Below the pieces are notes generated by a model that had not been told where the DNA came from, did no database searches, and was given only the letters and a program-made list of their open reading frames with translations. From Bryobacterales bacterium (GTDB lineage Bacteria > Acidobacteriota > Terriglobia > Bryobacterales > Bryobacteraceae), in assembly GCA_016721425.1 (NCBI GenBank), contig JADKID010000020.1, positions 20,549 through 84,548 on the forward strand: DNA of 64,000 nt. The letters are read 5' to 3'. This document shows positions 1 to 11,700 of the stretch, in pieces. The position numbers and the translations under genes were made by a program. How positions within the stretch are numbered: position 1 is the stretch's first letter; each line of letters begins with the position of its first letter.

Positions 1-1257
<1,257 letters not shown>

Positions 1258-1347
1258 CGTGATGTTTGGGGGTTGTCTGGTTAGATAATATCGAGTTCCA
1301 CGCCGGTGCGCCGGAGTCGCATGGCTAGCGGCAGTGGGTGGAAGGGC

Positions 1348-2616
1348 TTAACCGGCTTTTTCGAGAAGCGCCCAGTTGATCTTTTGCGAGAGTACCATCT
1401 CCCGCGTGACGAGAAACTCCCGTACCTTCTTGTACGAGGGGAGGTAATACATCAGGTCCAGCATGAGCTCCTCCAGAATCATCCGGAGGCCGCGTGCACC
1501 CACCTTGCGCTGCATCGCGAGCTCAGCGATCGCCTCCAAGGCGTCATCGCTAAACTTCAGCTTAACATTTTCGAACTCAAACAGTTTCTGATACTGCTTG
1601 ATCACCGAGTTCTTCGGCTTGGTGAGGATCTGCACCAGCGCGGAGCGGTCCAGATCTTCCAGCACGCCGGCCACCGGCATGCGGCCGATGAATTCCGGGA
1701 TGAAGCCGTAGCGGATCAGATCCTCGGGCTGGAGCTGCTGCAGAAGCGTGATGTCCCGCTGCTGCACGCTGCGCAGCGAATCGCCGGCCCGATCCTCTTC
1801 AGATTTGAACCCGATGCTCTTCTTCCCGGCGCGCCGTCCGATGATCTTCTCCAGACCAACGAAGGCTCCGCCGCAGATGAAGAGGATGTTCGTCGTGTCC
1901 ACCGGCGTGAACTCCTGGTGCGGATGCTTGCGCCCGCCCTGCGGCGGCACATTGGCCACCGTACCTTCCAGGATCTTCAGCAATGCCTGCTGCACGCCCT
2001 CGCCGGATACGTCCCGCGTGATGGAGGGGTTCTCGTCCTTGCGCGAGATCTTGTCGATCTCGTCGATGTAGATGATGCCCGTCTGGCAACGCTGCACGTC
2101 CCAGTCCGAATTCTGCAGCAAGCGGAGAATGATGTTCTCCACGTCCTCGCCCACATAGCCCGCCTCGGTCAGCGTGGTGGCGTCCACGATGGCAAACGGC
2201 ACATCCAGAATCCGCGCCAGCGTCTGAGCCAACAGGGTCTTGCCCGTGCCCGTGGGGCCGATCAGCAGAATATTGGACTTCGCCACCTCTACCTCGCCCA
2301 CCCGCTGGCGGTTCATCTGAATCCGCTTGTAGTGGTTGTAGACGGCGACGGCCAACTTCTTCTTCACCGAGTCCTGCCCGATGACGTACTGATCGAGATA
2401 CTCTTTCAGTTCCAGCGGTTTAGGGAGCTTGTGCGGGGTGGTGTAGGGCTTTTCGGGACGGTCATCTTCCAGGATCGAGTTGCAGACGGCGATGCACTCG
2501 TCACAGATATAGGCGCGCGGATAGTCGCTGGGCGAAGAGATGAGCTTGCCGACGACATCCTGGCTTTTGTGGCAGAACGAACAACGAAGTGTTTCGTCGC
2601 TGGAAGAACGCTTCAC
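1348..2616 (-). CDS. clpX: ATP-dependent Clp protease ATP-binding subunit ClpX
   Basis: 422-aa ORF with an N-terminal zinc ribbon (CSFCHK...CDEC), Walker [16 protein letters not shown], Walker [11 protein letters not shown], and an IGF-loop-like KSIGFKS. It shows the canonical clpX-lon adjacency. Confidence 0.96.
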   Translation of the reverse strand: MKRSSSDETLRCSFCHKSQDVVGKLISSPSDYPRAYICDECIAVCNSILEDDRPEKPYTTPHKLPKPLELKEYLDQYVIGQDSVKKKLAVAVYNHYKRIQMNRQRVGEVEVAKSNILLIGPTGTGKTLLAQTLARILDVPFAIVDATTLTEAGYVGEDVENIILRLLQNSDWDVQRCQTGIIYIDEIDKISRKDENPSITRDVSGEGVQQALLKILEGTVANVPPQGGRKHPHQEFTPVDTTNILFICGGAFVGLEKIIGRRAGKKSIGFKSEEDRAGDSLRSVQQRDITLLQQLQPEDLIRYGFIPEFIGRMPVAGVLEDLDRSALVQILTKPKNSVIKQYQKLFEFENVKLKFSDDALEAIAELAMQRKVGARGLRMILEELMLDLMYYLPSYKKVREFLVTREMVLSQKINWALLEKAG

Positions 2617-2892
2617 TAGTTATGACTCCACGCGGAGGGGTCGGTGAGGTGAATGACCCGCTACCACGATCCCGTGCCCTCATTATCTACCGAAACGGCG
2701 GAAGGTAGCAATCGGATTGCAACCTGAAATAGTACTCAGGTGCCGGGGTGTCAAAATGCTGGGCGCAGGGGTAACGATTCTCATTGCGGATGCGCCGATC
2801 TTTTGTGACAGAGCAAAAACACAGCCCCGCACCCGCCGCAGCCCCTGTTGTGTGCCCCGGTTTGCCGCTGATAAGCTCAGAAACAATCTCCT

Positions 2893-4461
2893 ATGAAACA
2901 CCTCCTCCGTCTCGCCGCCTGTACCGCCGCTCTAGCCCTGCTGGCGCCGGCCCAAGAGAAAGTCGACTACGACTCCATCTATAAGATCAAGCAGGAAGCC
3001 TTCCAGAACTCCAAAGTGATGGAGCACCTGTGGTACCTCACCGAGGTTCATGGACCCCGTCTAGCCGGATCCCCCAGCTACAAAGCCTCGGCCGATTGGG
3101 CCGTCAAGACGCTAAAGGGGTGGGGCATCGAGAACGCCCAACTCGAGCCTTGGACCGGCTTCGGCCGCGGCTGGGCCAACAAGAAGTTCGTGGCCGCCAT
3201 GACCGAGCCCAACTACACCCCCCTAGTGGGCTCGCCGCAGGCCTTCACGGCCTCCACCGAAGGCGTCATCTCCGGCGAGCCCATCATCGCCGTCCTCCGC
3301 ACTGACGAGGACCTCGCCAAGTGGAAAGGCAAGCTGGCCGGCAAGATCGTGCTGACAGACGCGCCGCGCGACATCCCGCTGCACGACAAGGCCGATAACC
3401 ACCGCTACACCGAGCAGGAACTGATAGATCTCACCGTTGCCCAGATCGGCGGCGGCGGCCGCCCGATGGCAGCGCCCGGCCAGCCCCCCATCAACTTCGT
3501 GCAGATGATGGGCTTCCGCCGCAAACTCACCGAGTTCCTCCGCGAGGAGAAGGTCGGCCTCATCATCGGCGGCAGCCGCGGCGACATGGGTACCTACTTC
3601 ACCTCCAACGGCGGCAGCCGCGACGTCAAGCAGCCCCAGACACCGCCCACCATGGTGGTCAGCACCGAGCAGTACAACCGCATCTACCGTCTGATCGACA
3701 AGAAAATTCCCGTCAAGCTCGAAGTGGAAATTCAGAATCAGTGGTTCGAGCCGGACACCAATACTTTTAATGTGGTTGCCGAAATCCCCGGCACCGGCAA
3801 GCACAAGGACGAGATCGTGATGATCGGCGGCCACCTCGATAGCTGGCACGCCGGTACGGGCGCCGCCGACAACGGTACGGGTACCGCCGTGATGCTCGAA
3901 GTGATGCGCATCATCAAGAAGCTCAACCTCAAGCTCGATCGCACCGTGCGCATCGGCCTGTGGGATGCGGAAGAAGAAGGGCTGCTCGGTTCACGCGCTT
4001 ACGTGACCAAGCACTTCGCCGACCGCGCCACCATGAAGACGCTGCCCGAATGGAACAAGCTGTCGGCCTACTACAATGTCGACAACGGCGCCGGCAAAAT
4101 CCGCGGCATCTACCTGCAGGGGAATGAATCCACCCGGCCGGTCTTTGAGGCGTGGATGGCTGCATTCAAGGATCTGGGCGCCGCCACGGTGACCATCCGC
4201 AACACCAGCGGCACTGATCACCAGAGCTTCGACGCAGTGGGCTTGCCCGGCTTCCAGTTTATCCAGGACCCGCTGGAGTACGATACCCGCGTTCACCACT
4301 CCAATATGGATGTGTACGATCGCGTGCCCCGCGCGGACATGATGCAGATGTCGGCCATCGTCGCCTCGTTGGTGGTGGAGACGGCGAACCGCGAGCAGAT
4401 GCTGCCCAGGAAGCCGAAGCCCGAGCCGCGGCCGGCGGGTCAGGGCGGAATGCCGTTCTAG
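2893..4461 (+). CDS. Secreted M28-family zinc aminopeptidase (with PA-like insert)
   Basis: 522-aa ORF with the signal peptide MKHLLRLAACTAALALLAPAQE. It carries the M28 metal-ligand blocks GGHLDSWHAGTGAADNGTG and WDAEEEGLLGSRAY. Confidence 0.85.
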   Translation: MKHLLRLAACTAALALLAPAQEKVDYDSIYKIKQEAFQNSKVMEHLWYLTEVHGPRLAGSPSYKASADWAVKTLKGWGIENAQLEPWTGFGRGWANKKFVAAMTEPNYTPLVGSPQAFTASTEGVISGEPIIAVLRTDEDLAKWKGKLAGKIVLTDAPRDIPLHDKADNHRYTEQELIDLTVAQIGGGGRPMAAPGQPPINFVQMMGFRRKLTEFLREEKVGLIIGGSRGDMGTYFTSNGGSRDVKQPQTPPTMVVSTEQYNRIYRLIDKKIPVKLEVEIQNQWFEPDTNTFNVVAEIPGTGKHKDEIVMIGGHLDSWHAGTGAADNGTGTAVMLEVMRIIKKLNLKLDRTVRIGLWDAEEEGLLGSRAYVTKHFADRATMKTLPEWNKLSAYYNVDNGAGKIRGIYLQGNESTRPVFEAWMAAFKDLGAATVTIRNTSGTDHQSFDAVGLPGFQFIQDPLEYDTRVHHSNMDVYDRVPRADMMQMSAIVASLVVETANREQMLPRKPKPEPRPAGQGGMPF

Positions 4462-4490
4462 TCGGATAGCCGACCGTAGTTTAGTAAAAA

Positions 4491-4533
4491 GGCGCCATTT
4501 TCCATGCGGGAGATGGCGCCTTCTTGTGTCTTT
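4491..4533 (+). terminator. Hairpin plus T-rich tail after the M28 peptidase; first copy of the cassette repeated upstream of each RCC1 paralog
   Basis: Perfect 8-bp stem GGCGCCAT (4491..4498) / ATGGCGCC (4513..4520) with a 14-nt loop. It is preceded by AAAAA and followed by TTCTTGTGTCTTT. Confidence 0.6.
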
Positions 4534-4552
4534 GGAGGTGATTCGACATAAT
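4524..4552 (+). promoter_or_regulatory. Putative sigma70-type promoter of RCC1 paralog 1, positioned for a leaderless mRNA
   Basis: TTGTGT (4524..4529), a 17-nt spacer, then CATAAT (4547..4552). The ATG at 4560 lies 7 nt after the -10 box, and no SD sequence sits at a usable distance. The same layout is conserved upstream of paralogs 2 and 3. Confidence 0.45.
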
Positions 4553-4559
4553 CAGGCCA

Positions 4560-7500
4560 ATGACTCCGAATCTGTCCGGCCGCATTGTCCTGCCACTCTT
4601 CTTCTCGCTCGCATTGGCCGCGGCCGTTCCACTGGCGCCGCCGAAGTCGGGCACGGTCTCGGTCGGCTTCCGTCACAGCCTCTGGCTGAAGCCGGATGGC
4701 ACCGTCTGGGCCTGGGGCGCGAACTCATCGGGCCAGTTAGGCGATGGCACCTATACGCGCAGGACGGCGCCGGTCCCAGTCGTCGGGCTGACCAGCGTCG
4801 CTGCCATTGCGACCGGGGACGACTGGAGCATCGCGCTCCGCACCGACGGCACCATTTGGAGTTGGGGCGCCAACCATCACACCGCGTCGCCCTACCCCGC
4901 CTCCCTTCCCATGCCCACGCCTCTACCTTGGGGCTCCGGCGTCATCGCCATCGCTGCCAGTCCAAGCCTGAACCTGGCACTGAAGGCTGACGGCACTATA
5001 TGGCGGTGGGCCGGCACTGGGTTTCCGCTCATGACCGGGCCGGTCTGTGCCCAGGTTAGCGGCTTGATCGCCTTGGCTCAGGGGGGGATGGAGGGGGTGG
5101 GGCACTCGGTTTTTCTGCATCAAGACGGGACAGTTTGGACGAGTGGGCGTAACGCGGGCGGAGTGTTGGGCGATGGCACCACCACCGATAGGGACCAACC
5201 GGCGCCGGTGCCAGGCCTCACAGGCGTCACGGCAATTGGAGCCGGACATTCCCACACCGTGGCCCTCAAAGCTGATGGTACGGTTTGGGTTTGGGGCGGG
5301 GGTACCGCCGGGCAGTTAGGTGATGGGGCTATGAACTTGGCACGTCTGACACCCAAGATCGTTCCAGGCCTCAGCGGTATACGGCGAATCGGGGCGAGGG
5401 AGAATGGCACGTTCGCACAGGCTCTCGACGGCAGAGTCTGGGATTGGGGCACCTTTTTCTATGGCGAGTTTGGTGGCGGGATCACGCGGATGGCGCCCGT
5501 CGAGCTGCCGTCGCTGGCCGGAGCGTTTGCCATCGCGGAAGGCGTCAACCATGGCACGTTCCTGCGCCCTGACGGAGCACTCATGGCGTGGGGCAACAAC
5601 GCCGAGGGTCAGCTCGGTGCGGGCACGGCCAACATCAAGCTCTGGCCGGAAGTGGCTTCGGCAACGTCCGGCGTCGCCGCCGTGGCGGCTGGCACAAAGT
5701 ACAGCACATTCGTGAAGAACGACGGCACGGTCCTGGAATGGGGCTATACGCACAATGGAAGCATGCTGCCTGTGCCGAACCCCATGCCTGGCCTATTGAA
5801 TGTAGTTGGCACAGCCCAGGGCAGCATTCACAGCTATGCACTGAAGAGTGATGGCACCGTCTGGTCCTGGGGGAATGATTACGCCGGGTCTCTCGGCGAC
5901 GGATCCTCAACCTACCGGCCATATCCGCAAGTAATAGCCGGTCTTGCCAACATCAAAGCGATTGCGTCCGGTGACTATTTCGGTGTCGCGCTGAGCACTT
6001 CGGGTGCCGTCTGGACATGGGGCCTAAACCAACTTGGTCAACTGGGCGACGGAACTACAGCCAATCGTTGGAGCCCAGCGCCGGTGCCGGGTTTATCCGG
6101 AGTCAAGGCGATCGCCGTTGCCGGACCGAACGTGCTGGCGTTGAAGGATGATGGCACAGTGTGTGGATGGGGCCAGAACCGGTTGGGCCAACTGGGCGAT
6201 GGCACCAGCGCGATGCGCACACTGCCCGTGATGGCCTTCGGCCTGGCTAACATCACCGCAATCGCCGGCAGCGATGAGACCAGTCTCGCGCTCGGATCCG
6301 ATGGAACGGTGTGGAGTTGGGGCGGTGATCATGGCCTCGGAATTGGGTACGTTCCTGGACAGCTGACCGGCATTAGCGGCGTCCGCGCCATCTGGGCTGG
6401 ATACCAGGCCAGATTTGCACAAACAACCGATGGCACCATGTGGGCTTGGGGCTCAAATTGGTACGGTAATCTCGGTGACGGTACTGGGCTGGACTCGGCA
6501 AACCGGATTGTCCGGCTGAGCAGTCTGCCTCTCAACATCGTCTCCGTGTCGAGTTCGTCCGGTAACAACCTGGCGATCACTGCCTCCGGCCAATTGTATG
6601 CATGGGGCTATGTCCCGAGTGCCCAATGGACCCTGATCAACGTATCCTCATGGCCTCCTCAACTCGTGGCCAACACCGGCGCCTACACCCTGGGGACCAC
6701 TGAGATTTTCGCCACCACCACCGCCGGTTCTCAATCGGTGACGCTAACTACCACTACGCCCAGCCGCCCCTGGGTGGCCGCCCGTGACAGCTACTGGCTC
6801 AGTGCCACGCCCACCAACGGCGCCAACAACACTTCGCTGATCGTGAGTTGGCAGCAGAATCTGTACCCTGAGAGCCGCACCGGCACGATCCGACTCGGCG
6901 GCCAGGCCGTTACCGTCACTCAAGCCGGAACGGGAGCATCGTACAAGATTTCCGGCCATGTCCTCCTGAACGGTGCGGGTCTTCAGGGTGTTCCGATCAT
7001 GCTTTTCGGCCCCCAGAACCCCATTCAGCTGACCGACCGTGCTGGCTACTACGAATTCAAGACTCTGAGTGCGGGTGGCGCATTTGGCGTCGCGCCCATA
7101 GCACCCAACCTCCGCTTTCTACCAGTCGGTTTGGTGTTGGTCTATTTAACGGACAATCAAACCGTGGACTTCACGGCGCAGCAAAACGCCACTGGTTTTG
7201 GCGTCAGCCGCACTAGTTTAGCTTTTGCCAGCACACCGAATGGAAGCGTCGCTACGCCGCCCCAGGAGTTGACTGTCACGCTCACCGGCACGGACCCGTT
7301 GCTCTGGAACGCGACGTCCAGCAAACCCTGGCTCTCGGTTTCACCAGGGGCGGGCTCCAGCACCGGCAAGCTGACGGTCTCCCTTGTCCCCGCCGCCTTG
7401 CCGAAGTTCGGCACCGATACGGCCATTATCACGATCACCGCACCCAACCTGCCGGGCGGCACAGCCACCGTCACTTGCACCCTGACCATCGCCGGTGTCA

Positions 7501-8705
7501 CCACCGCGCCGCCCTACGGCTCCTTCGACACGCCCGGCCCGGTTCTTACCGGCCTCTCCGGCGGAGTCGCCGTCACCGGTTGGGCGCTCGACGACATCGG
7601 TGTGCAATCCGTGAAGATCTGGCGCGACCGGATCGGCTCCGAGCAGACCTATCCGAACGGGCTCGTCTACATCGGCGACGCCCTCTTTGTCCCCGGCGCC
7701 CGGCCTGACGTCGAAGCGGCGCACCCCACCCGTCCCGCCAACTACAACGCCGGTTGGGGCTACATGATGCTCTCCAACGCCCTGCCGAAGACCACACCCA
7801 GCGGCACTATGGGCAGCGGCACATATCGCCTCCACGCCATCGCCACCGATGTCGAGGGCCAATCCGCCACCATCGGCACGAAGACGATTACCGTCGATAA
7901 CAGGGGCTCCAGCAAGCCCTTCGGCGCGGTTGACGCGCCCGCGCCCGGCGCCACCATCGAAGGCGCGGCCTACCCCAACTCGGGCTGGGCGCTTACCCCG
8001 CAACCGGACATCATTCCGATCGACGGCTCCACGTTCGGCGTCTACGTAGATGGCGTCAATTTGGGAAAGCCCGTCTACAACCAGTTCCGCCCCGATGTCG
8101 CCGGGATCTTCCCGGGCCTTGCCAACAGCGCCGGGTCGGGCGGCAGCTACGTGCTGGACACGACGAAGCTCACCAACGGGATGCACTCCATCGCCTGGAG
8201 TGTGGCGGACGACCAGGGTCACATCGACGGGATCGGCAGCCGCTTCTTCCACATCCTAAACAGCGGAAGCACGGCTGCCATCGCTGCGCCAATGCCGCAG
8301 CCGAGCCCGATGCTCCGTGCCATTCGCGGAAACCGCCTCTCCGCCGAGACCGCCGGCTACCGCACAGGCTACGACGAGCAGGCCCCGCTCGTGCCGCTGC
8401 CGGCGGACGCCATTGCCGTGGCAGAACTCGAACGCATCGAACTGCACCTGCCCCCATCGCCCGAGGGCGCCATCTGGTCCGCTGCTCTACGCGTGGGCGA
8501 AGAAGTCAGACCCCTGCCCATCGGCTCGACCTTCGACCCCGAAGCTGGCGTTTTCTACTGGCAGCTTGGCCCCGGATTCCTCGGAGACTACATATTTGAG
8601 TTTCGGGCTACGCCGGATGCGAAGTCGGTGCGCGTGCGCGTCCGGGTCGGTGTGGGCGTTGATCGAGTCGAACAGAACCGCCGATCAGGGCCGGTGCCGT
8701 TCTAG
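4560..8705 (+). CDS. Giant secreted RCC1-repeat (double beta-propeller) protein with BACON-like, CarboxypepD_reg-like and unassigned beta-sandwich modules; paralog 1
   Basis: 1381-aa ORF with a hydrophobic N-terminus ([25 protein letters not shown]). I count 14 blades of the type DG[TS][12 protein letters not shown]. These are followed by [21 protein letters not shown]...[18 protein letters not shown] (BACON-like), ISGHVLLNGAGLQGVPI...TDRAGYYEFKTLSAGG (CarboxypepD_reg-like), a second BACON-like module, and two P[YF]G..D.P...GWAL...RPDV modules. Confidence 0.9.
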   Translation: MTPNLSGRIVLPLFFSLALAAAVPLAPPKSGTVSVGFRHSLWLKPDGTVWAWGANSSGQLGDGTYTRRTAPVPVVGLTSVAAIATGDDWSIALRTDGTIWSWGANHHTASPYPASLPMPTPLPWGSGVIAIAASPSLNLALKADGTIWRWAGTGFPLMTGPVCAQVSGLIALAQGGMEGVGHSVFLHQDGTVWTSGRNAGGVLGDGTTTDRDQPAPVPGLTGVTAIGAGHSHTVALKADGTVWVWGGGTAGQLGDGAMNLARLTPKIVPGLSGIRRIGARENGTFAQALDGRVWDWGTFFYGEFGGGITRMAPVELPSLAGAFAIAEGVNHGTFLRPDGALMAWGNNAEGQLGAGTANIKLWPEVASATSGVAAVAAGTKYSTFVKNDGTVLEWGYTHNGSMLPVPNPMPGLLNVVGTAQGSIHSYALKSDGTVWSWGNDYAGSLGDGSSTYRPYPQVIAGLANIKAIASGDYFGVALSTSGAVWTWGLNQLGQLGDGTTANRWSPAPVPGLSGVKAIAVAGPNVLALKDDGTVCGWGQNRLGQLGDGTSAMRTLPVMAFGLANITAIAGSDETSLALGSDGTVWSWGGDHGLGIGYVPGQLTGISGVRAIWAGYQARFAQTTDGTMWAWGSNWYGNLGDGTGLDSANRIVRLSSLPLNIVSVSSSSGNNLAITASGQLYAWGYVPSAQWTLINVSSWPPQLVANTGAYTLGTTEIFATTTAGSQSVTLTTTTPSRPWVAARDSYWLSATPTNGANNTSLIVSWQQNLYPESRTGTIRLGGQAVTVTQAGTGASYKISGHVLLNGAGLQGVPIMLFGPQNPIQLTDRAGYYEFKTLSAGGAFGVAPIAPNLRFLPVGLVLVYLTDNQTVDFTAQQNATGFGVSRTSLAFASTPNGSVATPPQELTVTLTGTDPLLWNATSSKPWLSVSPGAGSSTGKLTVSLVPAALPKFGTDTAIITITAPNLPGGTATVTCTLTIAGVTTAPPYGSFDTPGPVLTGLSGGVAVTGWALDDIGVQSVKIWRDRIGSEQTYPNGLVYIGDALFVPGARPDVEAAHPTRPANYNAGWGYMMLSNALPKTTPSGTMGSGTYRLHAIATDVEGQSATIGTKTITVDNRGSSKPFGAVDAPAPGATIEGAAYPNSGWALTPQPDIIPIDGSTFGVYVDGVNLGKPVYNQFRPDVAGIFPGLANSAGSGGSYVLDTTKLTNGMHSIAWSVADDQGHIDGIGSRFFHILNSGSTAAIAAPMPQPSPMLRAIRGNRLSAETAGYRTGYDEQAPLVPLPADAIAVAELERIELHLPPSPEGAIWSAALRVGEEVRPLPIGSTFDPEAGVFYWQLGPGFLGDYIFEFRATPDAKSVRVRVRVGVGVDRVEQNRRSGPVPF

Positions 8706-8724
8706 TCCCATGAGCAGTCATTAA

Positions 8725-8760
8725 GAAGGCGTCGCCTTTGTCACGGAAGCGGCGCCCTTC
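8725..8760 (+). terminator. Imperfect hairpin after paralog 1 (degenerate copy of the 4491 cassette)
   Basis: GAAGGCGTCGCC ... GCGGCGCCCTTC forms an imperfect stem and is followed by TTGTGT. Its position matches that of the 4491 hairpin. Confidence 0.35.
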
Positions 8761-8790
8761 TTGTGTCCGGCCTTTCAGTAACGGGATAAT
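8761..8790 (+). promoter_or_regulatory. Putative promoter of RCC1 paralog 2 (leaderless layout)
   Basis: TTGTGT (8761..8766), an 18-nt spacer, then GATAAT (8785..8790). The ATG at 8798 lies 7 nt downstream. Confidence 0.4.
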
Positions 8791-8797
8791 CAGGCCG

Positions 8798-11700
8798 ATG
8801 ACTCTGCTTTGGTCCGGCCGCCTCGCTCTGCCCCTATTCTTCTCGCTCGCCGTTGCTGCCGCGGTTCCGCTTACGCCGCCTCCGAATGGCGCAGTCGCCG
8901 TCGGTGTCCAGCACAGCCTCTGGCTGAAACCCGACGGCACCGTCTGGGCGTGGGGCGCAAACACGAACGGGCAACTGGGTGATGGTACCCTGACGCGCCG
9001 GACCGCCCCCGTCCCGGTGGTGGGGCTCACCAGCATTGCCGCCATTGCGGCGGGCAACAATTGGAGCATGGCGTTGCGTACGGACGGCACGGTGTGGAGT
9101 TGGGGCGCCGGCAAGTACTGCGGGTTTCCCTTCCTGGAGACCGTGAAGGTCCCAACCAGGCTGGACGCTCTGAATGGCGCCGTTTCCATCGGGGCCGGCT
9201 CCATGCACGGCATGGCCGTCAAGCGCGACGGCACCGTCTGGTGGTGGGGCGGCAACCAATTTGGAGCACCGTGGCCGCAAGTGCTGCCCGGCGTCGCCGA
9301 CGCCGCGGCCGTGGCCGGCGGCTGGGCCCACTCGGCTCTCCTCCGCAAGGACGGCACCGTTTGGACCTGGGGCTTCAACGAGTACGGCCAGTTGGGCGAT
9401 GGTTCGAAGGCCGCGAAATCTCTACCCATTCTCGTCCCCGGTCTCACCGGCGTCGTAGCGATAGGCGCCGGTGAATTTCACACGGTGGCACTTCAAAGCA
9501 ATGGAACGGTGTGGAGTTGGGGGCAGAATCTGAGCGCGCAGGTGGGGATTCTCTATGCGCCGGACCAACTCGCCCCGGTGCGCGTCCCAGGCATCCCAGC
9601 CATGAGAAGGATCTGGACGGGCGGCTACGGTACATCTGCCCAGACCGCTGATGGGCGCGTCTTTGAGTGGGGCGGGTACTTCTCCGGAGAACTTGGCTAC
9701 GGTTCCTTTGACGTCGCGCCCTCCGAGCTGCCCGCGCTGGCCGGATCGCTGGCGCTCGCCCGAGGCTACGGGCATGGTATGGCTCTGCGCCCGGACGGCG
9801 CACCCGTGGCCTGGGGCAATAATGCGCACGGCCAGCTTGGCGATGGCAAGGCAGTGATTCGATTCTGGCCCGGACAGGTGGCGCCCCTGGCCGGCGTTGT
9901 TTCCGCCGCGGCCGGCGAGATGCACTCGGTAGCGGTGAAGGGGGACGGCACAGTCTGGGAATGGGGCCGCAAGGAGCGCGGATTCGGCTATCCCTCCGGG
10001 CCGCCCACGTCCATACCATCGGTCGTGAACGGAATCTCCGGCGCCGCAGCAGTTGCCGAGGGCGCCTTTCACACCTACGTTTTGAAAAGTGACGGCAGCG
10101 TCTGGTCCTGGGGATTCGACTACAACAATTCCACGGGCTGCCTGGGCGATGCGACGTCGCCGTACCGGCCGAGTCCTCTGCCCATTACCGGGCTCTCCAA
10201 CATCAAGACAATCCGTTCCGGACAGTATTTCGGCGTTGCATTGACCAAGACCGGCAGTGTCTGGACCTGGGGGCAGAACAACATCGGCCAGCTCGGCGAT
10301 GGTACTACTGCCAACCGTGCGGCGCCCGCGCCGGTTCCGGGCCTCTCCGGCATCACAGAGATCGCTACCGGCACCTATTCCGCCCTGGCCTTGCGCAACG
10401 ACGGAACGGTGTGGGCTTGGGGCTCTAATTCGTTCGGCCAGCTCGGCGATGGCACGTATACGGATAGCCCTTCGCCCCGGCTGGTTTCCGGACTGAACAG
10501 TGTCGTCGCCATCGCCAACAGCGAGACCATCAACCTCGCCTTGCGCCAGGACGGTACCGTTTGGGGATGGGGCGACCGCAACGGCCATGGACTCGGGGCC
10601 AGCCCTGTTCCCGTGCAGATTCCCGGCCTCAGCGGCGTCAAGGCCATCTGGGCGGGGTACGAGTCCCGTTTCGCCCAGAAGACCGACGGCTCAATCTGGG
10701 CCTGGGGCTCGAACAGATTTGGAAACCTGGGCGATGGTACAGGACTCGACTCCTTCTCTGGCCTTGTGCGGCCCGCGAATCTGGCGGCCAATACGGCCCT
10801 GATCACGGGATCCAATTCTCACGAGCTGTCAGTGACCGCCGCTGGGGAATTGTGGGCATGGGGTTACGTCCCCAGCGCCGATTGGTGGGGGGCTGAATTC
10901 TCGACGCTTACTCCGCAGCCCGTCCTCAACACCGGCGCCTATGCCCTAGCCACCTCTGAGATCCAGGCCACCGCCGCCGCCGGTTCCCAGTCGGTGGCGC
11001 TCACCGCCACGACGCCAAGCCGCCCCTGGGTGGCCGCCCGCGACAGCTACTGGTTGAGCGCCACCCCTACCAACGGCGCCAACAACACCATGCTCTCCGT
11101 CAGTTGGCAGCAGAACCCCTACCCGGAGAGCCGCACCGGCACCATTCGGCTCGGTGGCCAGGCCGTCACCGTCACTCAGGCCGGCACCGGCCAGTCGTAC
11201 ACCATCTCCGGGACCGTCACCAATGGCCCCGGCATCCCGGTGATGCTCACCGGCCCCCAAAACATCACCACCCTGACGGGCTCCGCCGGCCACTATCAAT
11301 TCCCAACCCTCGCCGCCGGTGGCGCCTTCGCTGTCACGCCCATCGCCCCCAACCTGGGGATCTCCCCGCCCAGCCGGGTGGTGAATTCCCTCTCCGCCAA
11401 CCAGACCTTCGACTTTGCTGCCTCTCAGAACGCTGTCAGCCTCGCCGTCGATCGCTCCGCACTCTATTTCGCCGGCAACGCGAACGGCTCCGTCGTCTCG
11501 CCGCCCCAGGAGCTCAGCGTCACCCTCACCGGCGTCTCGCCCCTTCTCTGGCTCGCAACCTCTAGCAAGCCGTGGCTATCCGTCACCGGCGCTGGCTCTT
11601 CCACCGGCAAGCTGACGGTCTCCCTTGTCCCCGCCGCCTTGCCGAAGTTCGGCACCGATACGGCCATTATCACGATCACCGCACCCAACCTGCCGGGCGG

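Noticed and set aside
2617-2892. Promoter or heat-shock-element calls in the clpX / M28-peptidase divergent region (minus-strand TTGACA at 2749..2754; TTGCTA-N18-GATAAT further downstream)
   Set aside because: There are several equally weak candidate box pairs and no CIRCE-like inverted repeat. I cannot choose between them without transcription start site data.
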